Assembly: GCF_000315625.1 (NCBI RefSeq)
Contig: NW_005434658.1
Coordinates: 108,535-172,534 of the forward strand
Direction of reading: 5' to 3'
DNA: 64,000 nt
DNA from: Guillardia theta CCMP2712
Taxonomy: Eukaryota > Protista > Cryptophyta
The notes under the pieces are model-generated. The model did not search any database, was not told the origin of the DNA, and saw only the letters and a list, made by a program, of their open reading frames with translations. The position numbers and the translations under genes are program-made. Each line of letters begins with the position of its first letter. The stretch's first letter is position 1. Positions 36,030 through 47,918 of this stretch are shown piece after piece.

Positions 36030-36419
36030 GCAGTCTGAGGAAGCTCTGACAGAGACCTGAGACCTCTTAGACCTTGGTTCCCTTCCTGCCTTCTCCTTCA
36101 GGGAAGGGACAAGATGTGCAGGGAGGGCGAAGCGTCTCACTGGTGTTGTCAACACCCATCTGGCATGCTGGTGCTTGTGGCAGTTCGATTCTGCCGATGC
36201 CATGAACGAGAGATGGTGATCGTTGTACAGATGCAGAGGGCTGACCAGATCAGTTGATAGTTCTTGATTAATCTTCAGCGTCATTACGTTGTTACTGATT
36301 CAATACTCAGTGATGATCCGATAGCTGTTGTGATGAAGTAGAGATCTTTCGACACATGGGAAGACGCGATTTGGCACATGTCAAGCTACCTCCAGAGGTG
36401 ATTCCTGGTTTTCGTTGTC

Positions 36420-39400
36420 AGGATGAATCCTTGCTTCCTGCCCTTGAATGAGCAACGTCAATAGTCACAACGGTCACGTTACCTCCTTGCTCCCCCAGAG
36501 CATTCCCATCCAACTGAAGTGACGTCAGGAGGGAGGAAGGAGAAGCGACGTCTACCTCGACGTCAAGATTCGCATCGCATGCACCAGCCATCCTTCGCTG
36601 TGATGGCTTCCTCGCTGCTGCTCCTCAGCTTCACCAGATCTCCTCCTCCTCCTCCTCCTCCTCCTCCTCCTCTCACCAGGGCAGCAGATGGGGTGGGGTT
36701 GCCCGTGGCTGCAGGCGAGTTGTAGTACATCTTCTCCAGCTGCGCCAACATCGCGCGGACCTGAAGTCACGTGACCAAGTAGGGTGGGCAGGGAGGCGAC
36801 ACCGTCGCATGCTCGGTCCGCAGCCGGTTCAGCTCCTGCTTGAAATTCTCCTTCTCCTTCTGCTCCCTGCCATTGCCAATGATCCACAAGCAGGAGGCAT
36901 GGACAGAGAACCACGGGAAAACAGGAAGCGGGAGGGGGGAAAAGAGCGGCAGGATGGGCGGAGAGGGAGAGAGAGGAGAGGAAGCGGGAAGGGCAGAAGA
37001 AGGATGAGGCAAGTTACCTTGCAAGGTCCTCCCTCAAGAGTCTGCACATCGCAACCATCAGGAACAACTTGAACCCTCCGCTCTTCACCTGCACGCGTCC
37101 CTCAGCTCCTCCACCGACCCGTCCTGGACCCTGCTAAAGCTCAGCCTACGAGCACAGTCGAGCAAGGGTCACCTCAGCGCCCAGTCTGCGTCTCTCTCCA
37201 GCCGGAGCATCATGACGTCGTTGAGGTACCTGCCGTTGAAGCCTCCAAAGAGGAAAAGCTTCGAGTCGTGCATCACGCACGCTGCCCCCTCCCTTGCCAC
37301 CGTCAGGCAGCTCGTGCTGTGTGCGTATCCTGCCCGCAGTATACTCCAGCTCCCCTTGACCTCCCCATCCTCTGTCTCGAGGTCGAAGATGTGCATCCCC
37401 AGAAGGCCCTGCGCTCCGTTTCCTCCTCCCATGACGATCATCCTGTGAATGGAGCTCTATGAGAAACGTCTTCCATTCTCACTTCCTCTACCCACTCCCC
37501 TCAACACAAATTGTTTCTCCTGATCCTCCTTCCCCTCCTCCTCCTCCTCCTCATCCTAGTCCATCGCCCTTCTGACTGCTTCCCGCTCTCTCCTCTTGTC
37601 TCCTTCACCTCCTACCCTCAGACCTTGCAGCAGCTTCCTCTCACTCCCAGCTCTTGGTCTCTTACCTTCCTCCGTGTAGGACGCAGGCATGTCCAGCACG
37701 AGGCTCAGGAGGAGGACCCTCGATGGGAGAAACCTTTCTCCACCTCTTGTCAGGAACGTCGAAGACAAACACATCCGCAAGCTGCGTCTGCGCGTTCGCT
37801 CCCCCGAAGACGACGAGATGGTTTCCGATCCTCACCTGCGCTCAACGGTCATGGCCGCATGCAGGAGGAAAGGAGCAGCACGGACCATACTCGCGTCCAT
37901 CCTCTTGGAAGGGCAGCCCTCGATAGGACATCTTTCCCTTCAGAGTATCAATCAGCACGGCAAACCCCCGTCCTCCTCTACTCCACCATGTCTGCTGGGC
38001 GAGGTCGAGGCGCCAGAAGTCATCCAGACACTCTCGCTCGTCCGACTCTCCTCCAAACAAGTAGACGCTACCCTGGTGCTCTGCTGCACAGTGGCTTCCT
38101 CGGTTAATCGGGTAAGGACCTGAGCATGCACTCAGTCAGCTCTTCTCTTCCCGCCCTCCTGCCTCCCATCTTCACCCCTTCTGTCATCACTTGCATCCCT
38201 ACTAGGCCCCCACCTCCTCTCCTTCTTGCTCCTCCTCATCCTCCTCCTCAACTTATCCCTTGATGGTCTCGTCCCACGGCCTCCCTCCTCGCACCTGAAA
38301 TCTCCTGCCTCGTCCAGGTGAGGATCGGTCTCTCCGACTTCTTGAGCATCGTGTTGATCCCATGCTCCACTTGCAGGATGTGAATCTCATTGAACTTCCC
38401 GTTGCCTCCATGACCGCCAAGAACAAGCACTGTATCCTCGATATCAGACGAACGCTGAAGCAAACAGATAGCGAGACAGTAGAGCGAGCAATGTGGGAGG
38501 GATAGGAGACATTGCAGGGTGCCGGAAGGGATGGAAGGCGAAGGACGGAGGAAGAGTAGAGCATGATGGGAGATTGAGCGAGGTAGCTGCCTTCCTACCA
38601 TGCTCCTCGTCGAGGAGCGTCGCGCTATGCCCTGCTCGCGGGCTTGGAGAGTTTTCGACGTCATAGGACATCCAGGTCATGCTCTCAAGGTCGAGGACGT
38701 GTGTGTCGGCCAAGAAGCAAGTCCCGTGCCCTCCAAAGACAATCATGTACTTGCCGACGACGGTACAGGAGTGCTGCCAAGGATGATGGTTACTTCAGCT
38801 GGGGGAAGGGCACGAAAGATGGGGAGGAAGGAGGAAGGAGGAAGGAGGAAGGAGGGAGAGGAAGGCATGGATGAAGAGGGATCCCAGGTAAGGAGGAGGA
38901 GAGAGCAAACCTGGTATCTGGGGGAGGGAGGAGTCCCAGTGGTCAGCCCCCCTATCCACGTCCGGTAAGCCGTGAGCTCTCCTTCAGGACGAGGGATCGC
39001 CTCCATTCTCCTGCTGGATGGCGACTGTAGCGCATCCGCCGCCTGCTCCCCTCCCTCGCCGTCGAGTGCCGCTTTCACTTCCGCTTGTATCCCTTTCCAC
39101 ATCAGCCACTTGGGACAAACCTCCTCGAGAGTTCGCACGAAGAGAAACATTGCCTCCATCTTGCTGGTCTGTAGAGCACGAAGTGGAGGAGGAGGAGGAG
39201 GATGAGGAGGAGGAGGAGGAGAAGTAGCACAGAGGGTGGAAGAGGAGGAGCAGGATGAGGAGGGAGGTCATCAGGAGAGGTAGCACAGGAGGGGGAGGAG
39301 GAGCAAGAACGGCATGAAGGCAAGAGGACAAGGACGGAAAAATGGCAGGTCGAGCGGAAATATTGAGATGGACAAGTGACAATCAGGTGCTACAGAGCAT

Positions 39401-39961
39401 AGCATTGCTTCACCTGCCCCAACTGCTTCCAGACGTCCCATTTAGCTCGTTCGACTCGATTCCACTGAGACGATAGAAAATCAGAGGGCAAAACATGGCG
39501 GATCGTACCACGTGAGGAGGAGGAGGAGGAGGAGGAGGAGGAGGAGGAGGAGGAGGAGGAAGAGGAGGAGGAAGAGGAGGAGGAGATGGTGATGGTGGTG
39601 GTGGTGAGGGAGAGGGAGAGGTAGAGGTAGAGGGGGCAGGAGCAGGAGCAGGAAAGACCATGACAGACAGGGAGGTACCAGGTGCGGGCTGGGGGTATTG
39701 CAGGGTCCAACACTTGCTTGCTGATGCAAGCTGTAGAGAAGGAGCTGGTCGTCCACATGCAGGGACGTCAGGACATCGGAGGAGCGCTCGTAGAACTGAA
39801 CGCTCAAGGGTCACTCGCTCCTCCGCCGTGAGACTACCATGAGCACCAACCTTAGCTGCCAGCTCAAACTTGTGAGGATACTGGATCGTTGATAGCACGG
39901 AGGCGTCGGCGTCCTGAACAAGATCCTCCGGCTTCAAGTCTATCACCGCCCGCTCCGTCAT
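36420..39961 (-). CDS. Acyl-CoA-binding domain + kelch-repeat + coiled-coil protein (plant ACBP4/5-type architecture)
   Basis: YPHKFELAA; LLLYSLHQQASVGPCNTPSP; WNRVERAKWDVWKQLG; MEAMFLFVRTLEEVCPKW; kelch motifs MIVFGGHG..DTHVLD, PSPRAGHSATLL, VLVLGGHG, LFGGESD..LDDFWRLD, LFLFGGFNGRYLNDV. Both ends approximate. Confidence 0.9.
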
Positions 39962-40925
39962 GGCCTGCTACCAGCATCATCAGTAGTGGTTCACAAGAGA
40001 CAGCAGGCGAGAGTAGTGTGCGCAGGGGGAGCGGCGGGGTAGAGACAGCTGTCCATAATGTAACCTACGTCTTGTGTCTAGAAGATCCTTCCAGGCTCTC
40101 CCTTGAACTGTCTTCACGTCTCCATGCAACCTGAAATACCTTGAGAGGCAGGTACAAGGCTGTGAACGAAGAGCGATCAGGGCAACCGAGCAAGAGAGGA
40201 TACAGGGCAGGTGGGAAAGGCAGGAGAGCCAGGTGGTGGAGACAGGGAGCTAGACCTCTTAGTCGTACTCTTCTCACTTTCTCCTCCTCCTCTCATCCCT
40301 GCCACGGCTACAACAAGATTGGAAGGGGGGCAAGGTAGGTGGGGCTGCCATGCAGGGGTAGAATTATGGGCTTGCCCCAGTACAATTCTATAAATTGAAA
40401 AAGGACAGCACAATTTGTTCTACATTTTACTAGCAAGAATTTTGGTGCCTTGGTTCGCCGGGCTTGGCAGTCGGGCCCGAGCCGGAGAGACTATCGAGAG
40501 TGAAAGAGACTTCTTGGCACTGCCTGTACCGCAAGGAGTTTTACACATAAATTACTTATAATATTTCTATACAAGTTAAAATAAGTTTTATCATTTTGAG
40601 ATATATTTCTTGATTTGTACAAAGATTTTATTCAGTGTACTGGGCATATCTGTAGCATCTGGTAGAACATCTTTAAAATTGTGTTTTTGTGTTTTACCTT
40701 TAAAATCAAGGGTGTACCAATTAATATAAGTGTTTTTGATCATACCAATATTTTTGTAAAAACCTCTTTATTGTCCGATGAGGATCAAATGGATGGTACT
40801 TATTTTGAGTTACGCATTTTAAGCTTCTTCTATCAAGTTGTCAACTTTTTGTTTTTATTTTGCTTAAATGTTCTTATACAGATATACATGATTTTATATT
40901 GCTACTAGTTGAACCGGCACAGCAA

Positions 40926-42392
40926 ATGGACTTTTTGGGCGGCGGAGCCGTCGGGGCAGGAATGGTAGAGAGAGGGGATGAGGTAGATGAAGATGCGAGG
41001 AGTGTAGGGGACGAGCTTGTATCTAGATATCATCAAGACTTCCTGTGAAAAAATATGTTTGAATGTCACTGTGTTGGTATCAAAGCACAGCATACCGCTG
41101 CTTTGAAAGTAAATTTGTTCCTGGCCTTGTAGCTAGCTCTTTCTTGTCATGTTGCCTTTTGACTTGTCATGGCGTGAACGAAACCCATCTGCTCAACTCA
41201 ACGATGTGAAGAGGTTGTATGTTATGTTGTCGCTAAGCAACTTGGTAGTGTAACACTGTGTTGGAGCCGCCTCAATCTTTGCATGACAATGTTTTGATCT
41301 ATGTTCCATTCAATCGGCAAATCCTACACAAGTCATAGGATCTGTCTGATCAGACTCTCTGACTGACTCGATGTCACAGCAAACACTGCCATGAAGGCCA
41401 CGGGGTGGTGGCATTTCACAGCGTTTGCAAAACATAAAGGCGGAAGAAGGGGCTCATAACAAGACTTGTTCTTCATGTCTTCATCAGTTGTCAACATCAA
41501 GACCCCCGCCAGGTAGGAGCGGGAAGGCAGGAGAAGCGACTGACATGTCTTGCTGTGTAGGGGGCTGGGGCAGCCCGCAAGGGGTGAAGGGAGTGGGGCT
41601 GAGGCTGGAGCAGCCTACAAGGTTGATGCTGCGTAATCCTGATCGATGACTAGTGATGTGCGTTTCAAGCAGTCGAGTCATTACAATGGAGGCTCCCAGC
41701 AATCAGCAGCAGCAGCAGGAGTGACAACAATAACGTCGACAGCAGCAGCAGCAGGTGCAGCAGCAGCAGGTGCAGCAGGAACATCGGCGGCAGCAGGGTC
41801 GAAGGTGCCTGGGTCCACTGACAGGTACGACGTGAGATGTGGATCATGATCGCTGGTTTGTGCGGCTGTCTGAGACTTCACTCTGTTCTCCTCGTTGAGC
41901 TCCTCTTGCAGTGAACTCTTGACATTCCTTTACTCGCAGCACGAGGAGCGAATTCCTGGGGGAGGCAATGGCGTTGGGAAGCTTGATTCAATCTAAGGTG
42001 AAGAAGCAGCATCGGCAAAGATCTCGTCATCCCTTAAGAAGACCTTGTCTGTCTTGCCCTCACCTGTTGTCTTGCCTCCATCTTCTTCGTTCTACCTGTC
42101 CTCTGTTTCGCACTTCTACCTGTCGAGGAACTTCTCCTCATGTTAACTTGTCCTTTCTCTCCTGTCAGGTCGTGGAAGCTATTTCACACATCTCTTTGAA
42201 CCCCGTCGCGAGCTCAAAAGGAACAGCGTCAGAGAGCTCGGAACAAGTTCGCCCAGACTGACCGCGTGATGTCCGACTTAGTATTTGAAATGCAGGCGCC
42301 TCGAAGCCTCGACATGCTCTTCCTTGCTCGTGGAAGCAAGTAAGAAACAGGAGGAGAAGGAGGAGGAGGAAGGAGCAGGAGCAGGTGCAGGT

Positions 42393-42442
<50 letters not shown>

Positions 42443-44794
42443 GGGAGCAGGAGCAGGAGCAGGAGCAGGAGCAAGAGCAGGAGCAGGAGGTGGTGGTGGT
42501 AGGTCGTGGTCTTGAGAGGAGGGGGAAGAAAGCCGTGGGATTCAAACTGACCCGATGCTTTCAGCAGTCAGAACTCCAAGACATGTCCAGGATCGACTCT
42601 TCCTGACGCTGATGTGATAGCTTACAGCTGTTGCTGGATCATTCCGCTAATCCGAATCGTGCTAATATACAGAACGGTTCCGATGATGGAAGTGCGTCCG
42701 CATGGAGCATGGACAGTGAAGCAAGCTCTGTGCAGCTGCTGGATGGGACGGATGCGATGGTAGTCATGCTGTCATTGATGTTGATCTTCCTTGCATGGTT
42801 GATGATGCCGATCAGGATTTGTTTTTTTTTTTTGTTGATGTTGATGTTGATGTTGATGTTGATGTTGATGTTGATGTTGATGTTGATGTTGTTGTTGATG
42901 ATGTTGATGTTGTTGTTGATGATGTTGATGTTGTTGTTGATGTTGATGTTGATGTTGTTGTTGATGATGTTGATGTTGTTGTTGATGATGTTGATGTTGT
43001 TGTTGNNNNNNNNNNNNNNNNNNNNNNNNNNNNNNNNNNNNNNNNNNNNNNNNNNNNNNNNNNNNNNNNNNNNNNNNNNNNNNNNNNNNNNNNNNNNNNN
43101 NNNNNCGGGGGGGGGTGGAGGAGGAGGCTGATACTTTGTGCAGCTGCACATTTTGTGAAGGATGCCTTGAGAATCTAATCAGAATCAGCGATGGAAGATG
43201 TTCTTCATGTCAACAGGTGGGAATGTCGTCATGTGCTGTGCTGATCCTTCACCTCTTCCTCCCTCACTCCCTTCTACGACTGCAATCATGAACTTGTCCT
43301 CTACCATCAGGACCTCCCAAAGAAGATCGGCATGTGGGTCCCGAATCAAGAGATCATCGACGCGATCAGCAAATTTCAGAAGCAGGTGAGCGCGGCAGAG
43401 TTGACTTGACGATGCTCAAGTTGCCCAGGGAGGGGAGGATGCCGAGTATGCGAACATGATCAACCAGATGAAGGAGAAGAAGAGGAGAGCGAAGTGAGTG
43501 TCATGTTGTGCTCTAGAGCTGCTCTTTCTCCCCTTGCTGGGCTGCTGGTGGTCGCAGTCTGTTCTGACATGTTTTCGCGCATTCTCTCGTGCCTCACTTG
43601 TGTTTAGATATCCGATCCTCCGCATCTCTGAGTTCGATCTTGATCCGAAACCAATCGCGACGGGAGCGTACGGACAGGTGCGATCACTCGCTGGAAGGAG
43701 AAGATATGAGAAGTTTCATCTGGTGGTGGTGGTGGTGGTGGTGGTGGTGGTAGTGGTGATGGTGGTGGTGGTGATGATGATGGTGACGATGATGGTGATG
43801 ATGATAGTGATGGTGAGAATGATGATAATGAAGGTTGTGATTGCGATGGAAATGTATTGATCACGATATCTTCAGGTCTTTCGTGGTGTATGGAAAGCGA
43901 ACAACAACGCCTCGATAGCCCTGAAAAAGATTTTCTTGTACGATCTCTACTCTTATTCATTCGTCCTCTCTACTTTGAGTTACCACAGTCCTTGCTCCTT
44001 CCACTTTCTTACTCCTTTTTCCTGGTCCTCCACGTCTCCCCACTCCACCACTTCCTCCTTGCGTTCCTCCGCGTCTTTCTCCTTTGTTCTCATTCTCATT
44101 CTCTCCCTCTACCCCGAGCTTCAACAATTTCCTCCTGCCCTCGATGTTTTTGACTCTCACGCCAGGAACACAAGCACTCACTCTAGACAACAAGTTCTAG
44201 ACAACTTCAGGAAAGAATGCGAGGTATCCCTGTTACCTTCTTGCTATCTTTTCCTCCTCTCACTCGTTCTTTCTCTTGCCCTCATCAAACATTTGATACT
44301 CTTATTTCGTATTTTACTCCTCTTGCTCCCTGGCTGCCTCTCGCCCTCCCTCCTCCCTCCTCCTTCTCTCTTTCGCCTCTCTCTCACGCCCCCGCAGGTT
44401 CTCGCCATGCTTGATCACCCGCATGTCCTGCGCCTCTACGGGGCTGTCGACGACGACGAGAACGTCTGCATCGTCACTGAGCTTGTTCCCGGCGGATCTC
44501 TCTTCGACCTTATCCATACCAAGCCCCTCCTCCGCCCTGTGAGCCTGCGCTTTCTCTTTCCGCTTTTTCTTCCTCCCCTCTTCCCTCCCCCTTCTTCTCC
44601 AGCTTCCCCCGCCTCTCCATCGCCCATCCGCCACCTCTCTGCTCTGCTCCTCGTCCTCTACCACCTGGATCTTCACTCTTCCTCTACCACCTTCCTCCTC
44701 ACTCTCCTCTCCTCCTCTCCTCACAGCCTTGCAGGAGGCGGTCATCGTGATAGGAGGAGGCGTCTGCAAGGGTATGACTTACCTTCACTCCATG

Positions 44795-44827
<33 letters not shown>

Positions 44828-47785
44828 CTCTTGATGGCTGCCGTCCAGTCTCCTGCTGGACCCCAGCTTGTGGTCAAGGTCGCAGACTTCGGGTTGGCTC
44901 GGGTCCAGGTTGCCATGATTTCCCTGCTCCTTTCCACCTGCCCCTCTTCTGTGACCCCCCCAGCTACCCTCCTGCTCCCCCTTAGCTGCTCCTCTGGTCT
45001 CTCTCAGCTGCCCCTGTGCTCTTTCCCAGCTGCGCCTTCCCTTTCATTCACTCTGACTTGTTCTCATCTTTGCCTCAGGACTCGACGAGGACGATGACGG
45101 GAGGCATCGGGACCTCCCAGTACACGGCCCCAGAGGTGAGGGAGGAAAAGAGGGGGCAGGCAGGAGGCAGGCAGGAGCTGGGAGAGGAACAAGCATAGGA
45201 GGCGCAGGAGGAAAGAGGTAGAGGTCGCAGGGTAGGAGGGATGACTGATGGTGACTTGGGAGGAGAGATGGAGAAGGATACTGAGGAGGAAGGAGATGGA
45301 GCAGGAGAGAGAGAAGAAGCTTGAGTAAGAGCTGGGAAGGTCTGGGAGGGAAAGAAGGAGGAAGGAGGGGGAGGACAGCGGTGATCAGGACGGGCAGGTG
45401 CTGAGGAGCGAGAGGTACGACAGCAAGGTGGACGTTTACAGCTTCGGCATCATCCTCTGGGAGATTCACGCGAAGAGGCTTCCTTACAGCGACATGAACC
45501 AGATGCAGATAGCCGTCGCTGTTGCTACCCAGGTACTGTCCTCCTCCTCCTCCTCTTCCTCTTTCTCCTNNNNNNNNNNNNNNNNNNNNNNNNNNNNNNN
45601 NNNNNNNNNNNNNNNNNNNNNNNNNNNNNNNNNNNNNNNNNNNNNNNNNNNNNNNNNNNNNNNNNNNNNTCCTTCTCTCCCTGTCTCAATCCTCCTCCTC
45701 CTCCTCCTATCTCGTTTGCTGGCAGCGAAGAACTCTCAGGATTTCTCACACTACCTGCAGAACCATCGTCCTCCTCCTCCCCCCAACTGCCCTGCTCCTT
45801 TCTGGCAGCTCATGCAGAGCTGTTGGAACTCCAGACCTGCAGAGAGACCGTCTTTCCCAGAGGTTCCTCCTCCTCCGCGATCATCACACGGCACACGTTT
45901 CCTTCTTCCTCCTCCTCCATCTTCTCCTGCAACTTTCCATCCGCTCCTTTGCTTCCTCGATCTCTTCCCTGCCAGCTTCTGAGTCTCAAGCAGGTGCTCT
46001 GTCAACTGGAGGACATGCAGTTTGTGTTCAATCTTGTAGCATCCACAAGGAACACTCAGCAGCATTCTGAGAGCTACGTGAGTTTCTCCGCCTCCTCCTC
46101 CTCCTCCTCCTCCTCGTCCTCGTCCTCCTCGTCCTCGTCCTCCTCGTCCTCGTCCTCCTCCCTCGCCTTCTCTTCATCTGTGTGCTATCACATCACAAAT
46201 TTCTTTCTCTCTGCCCCCTTGTCTCGCTCCCTCTGCTCATCCTGCAGCAGGGAGGAGGTGACGGTCAGGGCTCGTTCGCTCGCACGCTCAACGGGGGAAA
46301 CGAGAATGGTGGAGGAGAGGGAGATGCGATGCCCATCAGTGGAGGTGAGGGGCGGGTAGGAGGAGGGAGGGGGCGGAGAGGAGGAGGGATGGGGTGGGAA
46401 GGAGGAGGGAAGGGGCGGAGAGGAGGAGGGATGGGGTGGGAAGGAGGAGGGAAGGGGCGGAGAGAGGGAGGCGGGGATGGTCGGAGGGAGGAGAGAGAGG
46501 TGGAGGACAACAGGAGGGTTGTGAGGGAGGGAATGGGGGATATTTTCCCTTGACAGAGGGGGGGTGGGGGTGGGGGTGCAGGAGAAGGTTTGACTCGGCG
46601 GCCTGTAGAGCACTCGGCACTGCTGGAGGAGCAGGTGGAGGCAGCTGAGCGGAGGGTCTTGCGAGTGCCGGGGCAGTACAGCAGCATCAGCGAGGCCGTG
46701 AGGAGCGCGCGAGCAGACGATCGTGTGCTGATCTCCCCCGGGCACTACCGAGAGTCTGTGGAGATTCCAGCTGACCTGGTGCTGGAGATCGTGGGGGACG
46801 CGGACCTTCAGGGGCTGCTGCTGGAGGGGGTGGAGGGACGTCCTGTCTTCACTCAGGTCGGGGGCTTCGTGAGGGTCAGCAAGCTAGCGATGAAGAGCTC
46901 GGGGCCAGCTGTGCTAGCTGCAGTGAGATGCTCCTCCTCCACCACCACCTCCACCTCCACGACAACCTCCTCCTCCACCTTCTCCTACTCCTACTCCTCC
47001 TCCTCCTCCCCACTCTCTTCCTCCCTCCTTGCTAGTCGTTTCTTCCTCATTCAAACGCTGATCGAGGTAGCAGAAGAATTCGATGATGGTGATTGAGGAT
47101 TGCTTCATGAGTGGAGCACAGTACGGGCTCCTGGCACTAGAGGTAATTCGTCGCTCCTCCTCTTCTCCCTTCTCCCTGATCATTCCTTTGCTCTCCTCTC
47201 TTATTCTTCTCCTCACGATCCTTTTCGCCCCGACCCCTCTCCCTCCTCTCCCTCCTCTCCCTCCTCTTCCTCCTCTCATCTCCTTGCAGGGAGGAGAGGT
47301 CACTATTCGTCGCTCAGTCTTCTGCCGCTGCCGCGAGCATGGCGTCTTCCTCGGCGCGGGAGTTCGCGCTATCATGGAGTCCAGCAGCGTCTTCGAGAAC
47401 GGCAGCCATGGGGTGCTGGCAGCGAAGCCCGACTGCTCGCTGCACGTGACGAGGAGCAAGCTGTCGTTCAATGCAGGAGGTGAGGGAAGAGAGAGAGAGA
47501 GGAGGGGCGAGGGAGGAAGGAGGGGCGGTGAGGGGCGAGGAGATGGAGGAGAGGAAGAAGCAGGAGGACGGGGGGGCATATGACTTGCTGGGCTGCAGCT
47601 GGGATATTCATAGACAACGGAGGTGGAGGGCTGGTGGAGGACAACGACCTGAGAAACAACACGAAGGTGACGATTTGACGTCCACTGCAGGGCTTGACGA
47701 TCTTGACGTGTTATTTTTTCAGGGCCCTCTTGTCGTCGGCGTGTCTTCAGTTGGTTCGGTCGTCTTGGGATCAAACCTGACATGA
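40926..47785 (+). CDS. TKL-group protein kinase with an upstream RING-like Cys motif and a C-terminal right-handed beta-helix (PbH1) domain
   Basis: [12 protein letters not shown] then [10 protein letters not shown]; [53 protein letters not shown]; then [21 protein letters not shown] and GVFL/GVLA/GIFI..NN beta-helix turns. 5' exons uncertain. Confidence 0.85.
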
Positions 47786-47918
47786 GGATGTTGACCAGGA
47801 GAAGGAGCAGGAGCAGGAGAAGGAGAAGGAGAAGGAGAAGGAGAAGGAGAAGGAGAAGGAGCAGAAGGGTATGTCTGGTGAATAGGAGGACGAAGGGAGG
47901 AGGCGGAGGATCGCAACT

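Noticed and set aside
40760-40905. TAA-to-Gln recoding in the AT-rich patch
   Set aside because: TAA is frequent by chance in AT-rich DNA, and host genes (H3, POP) use TAA as a stop.
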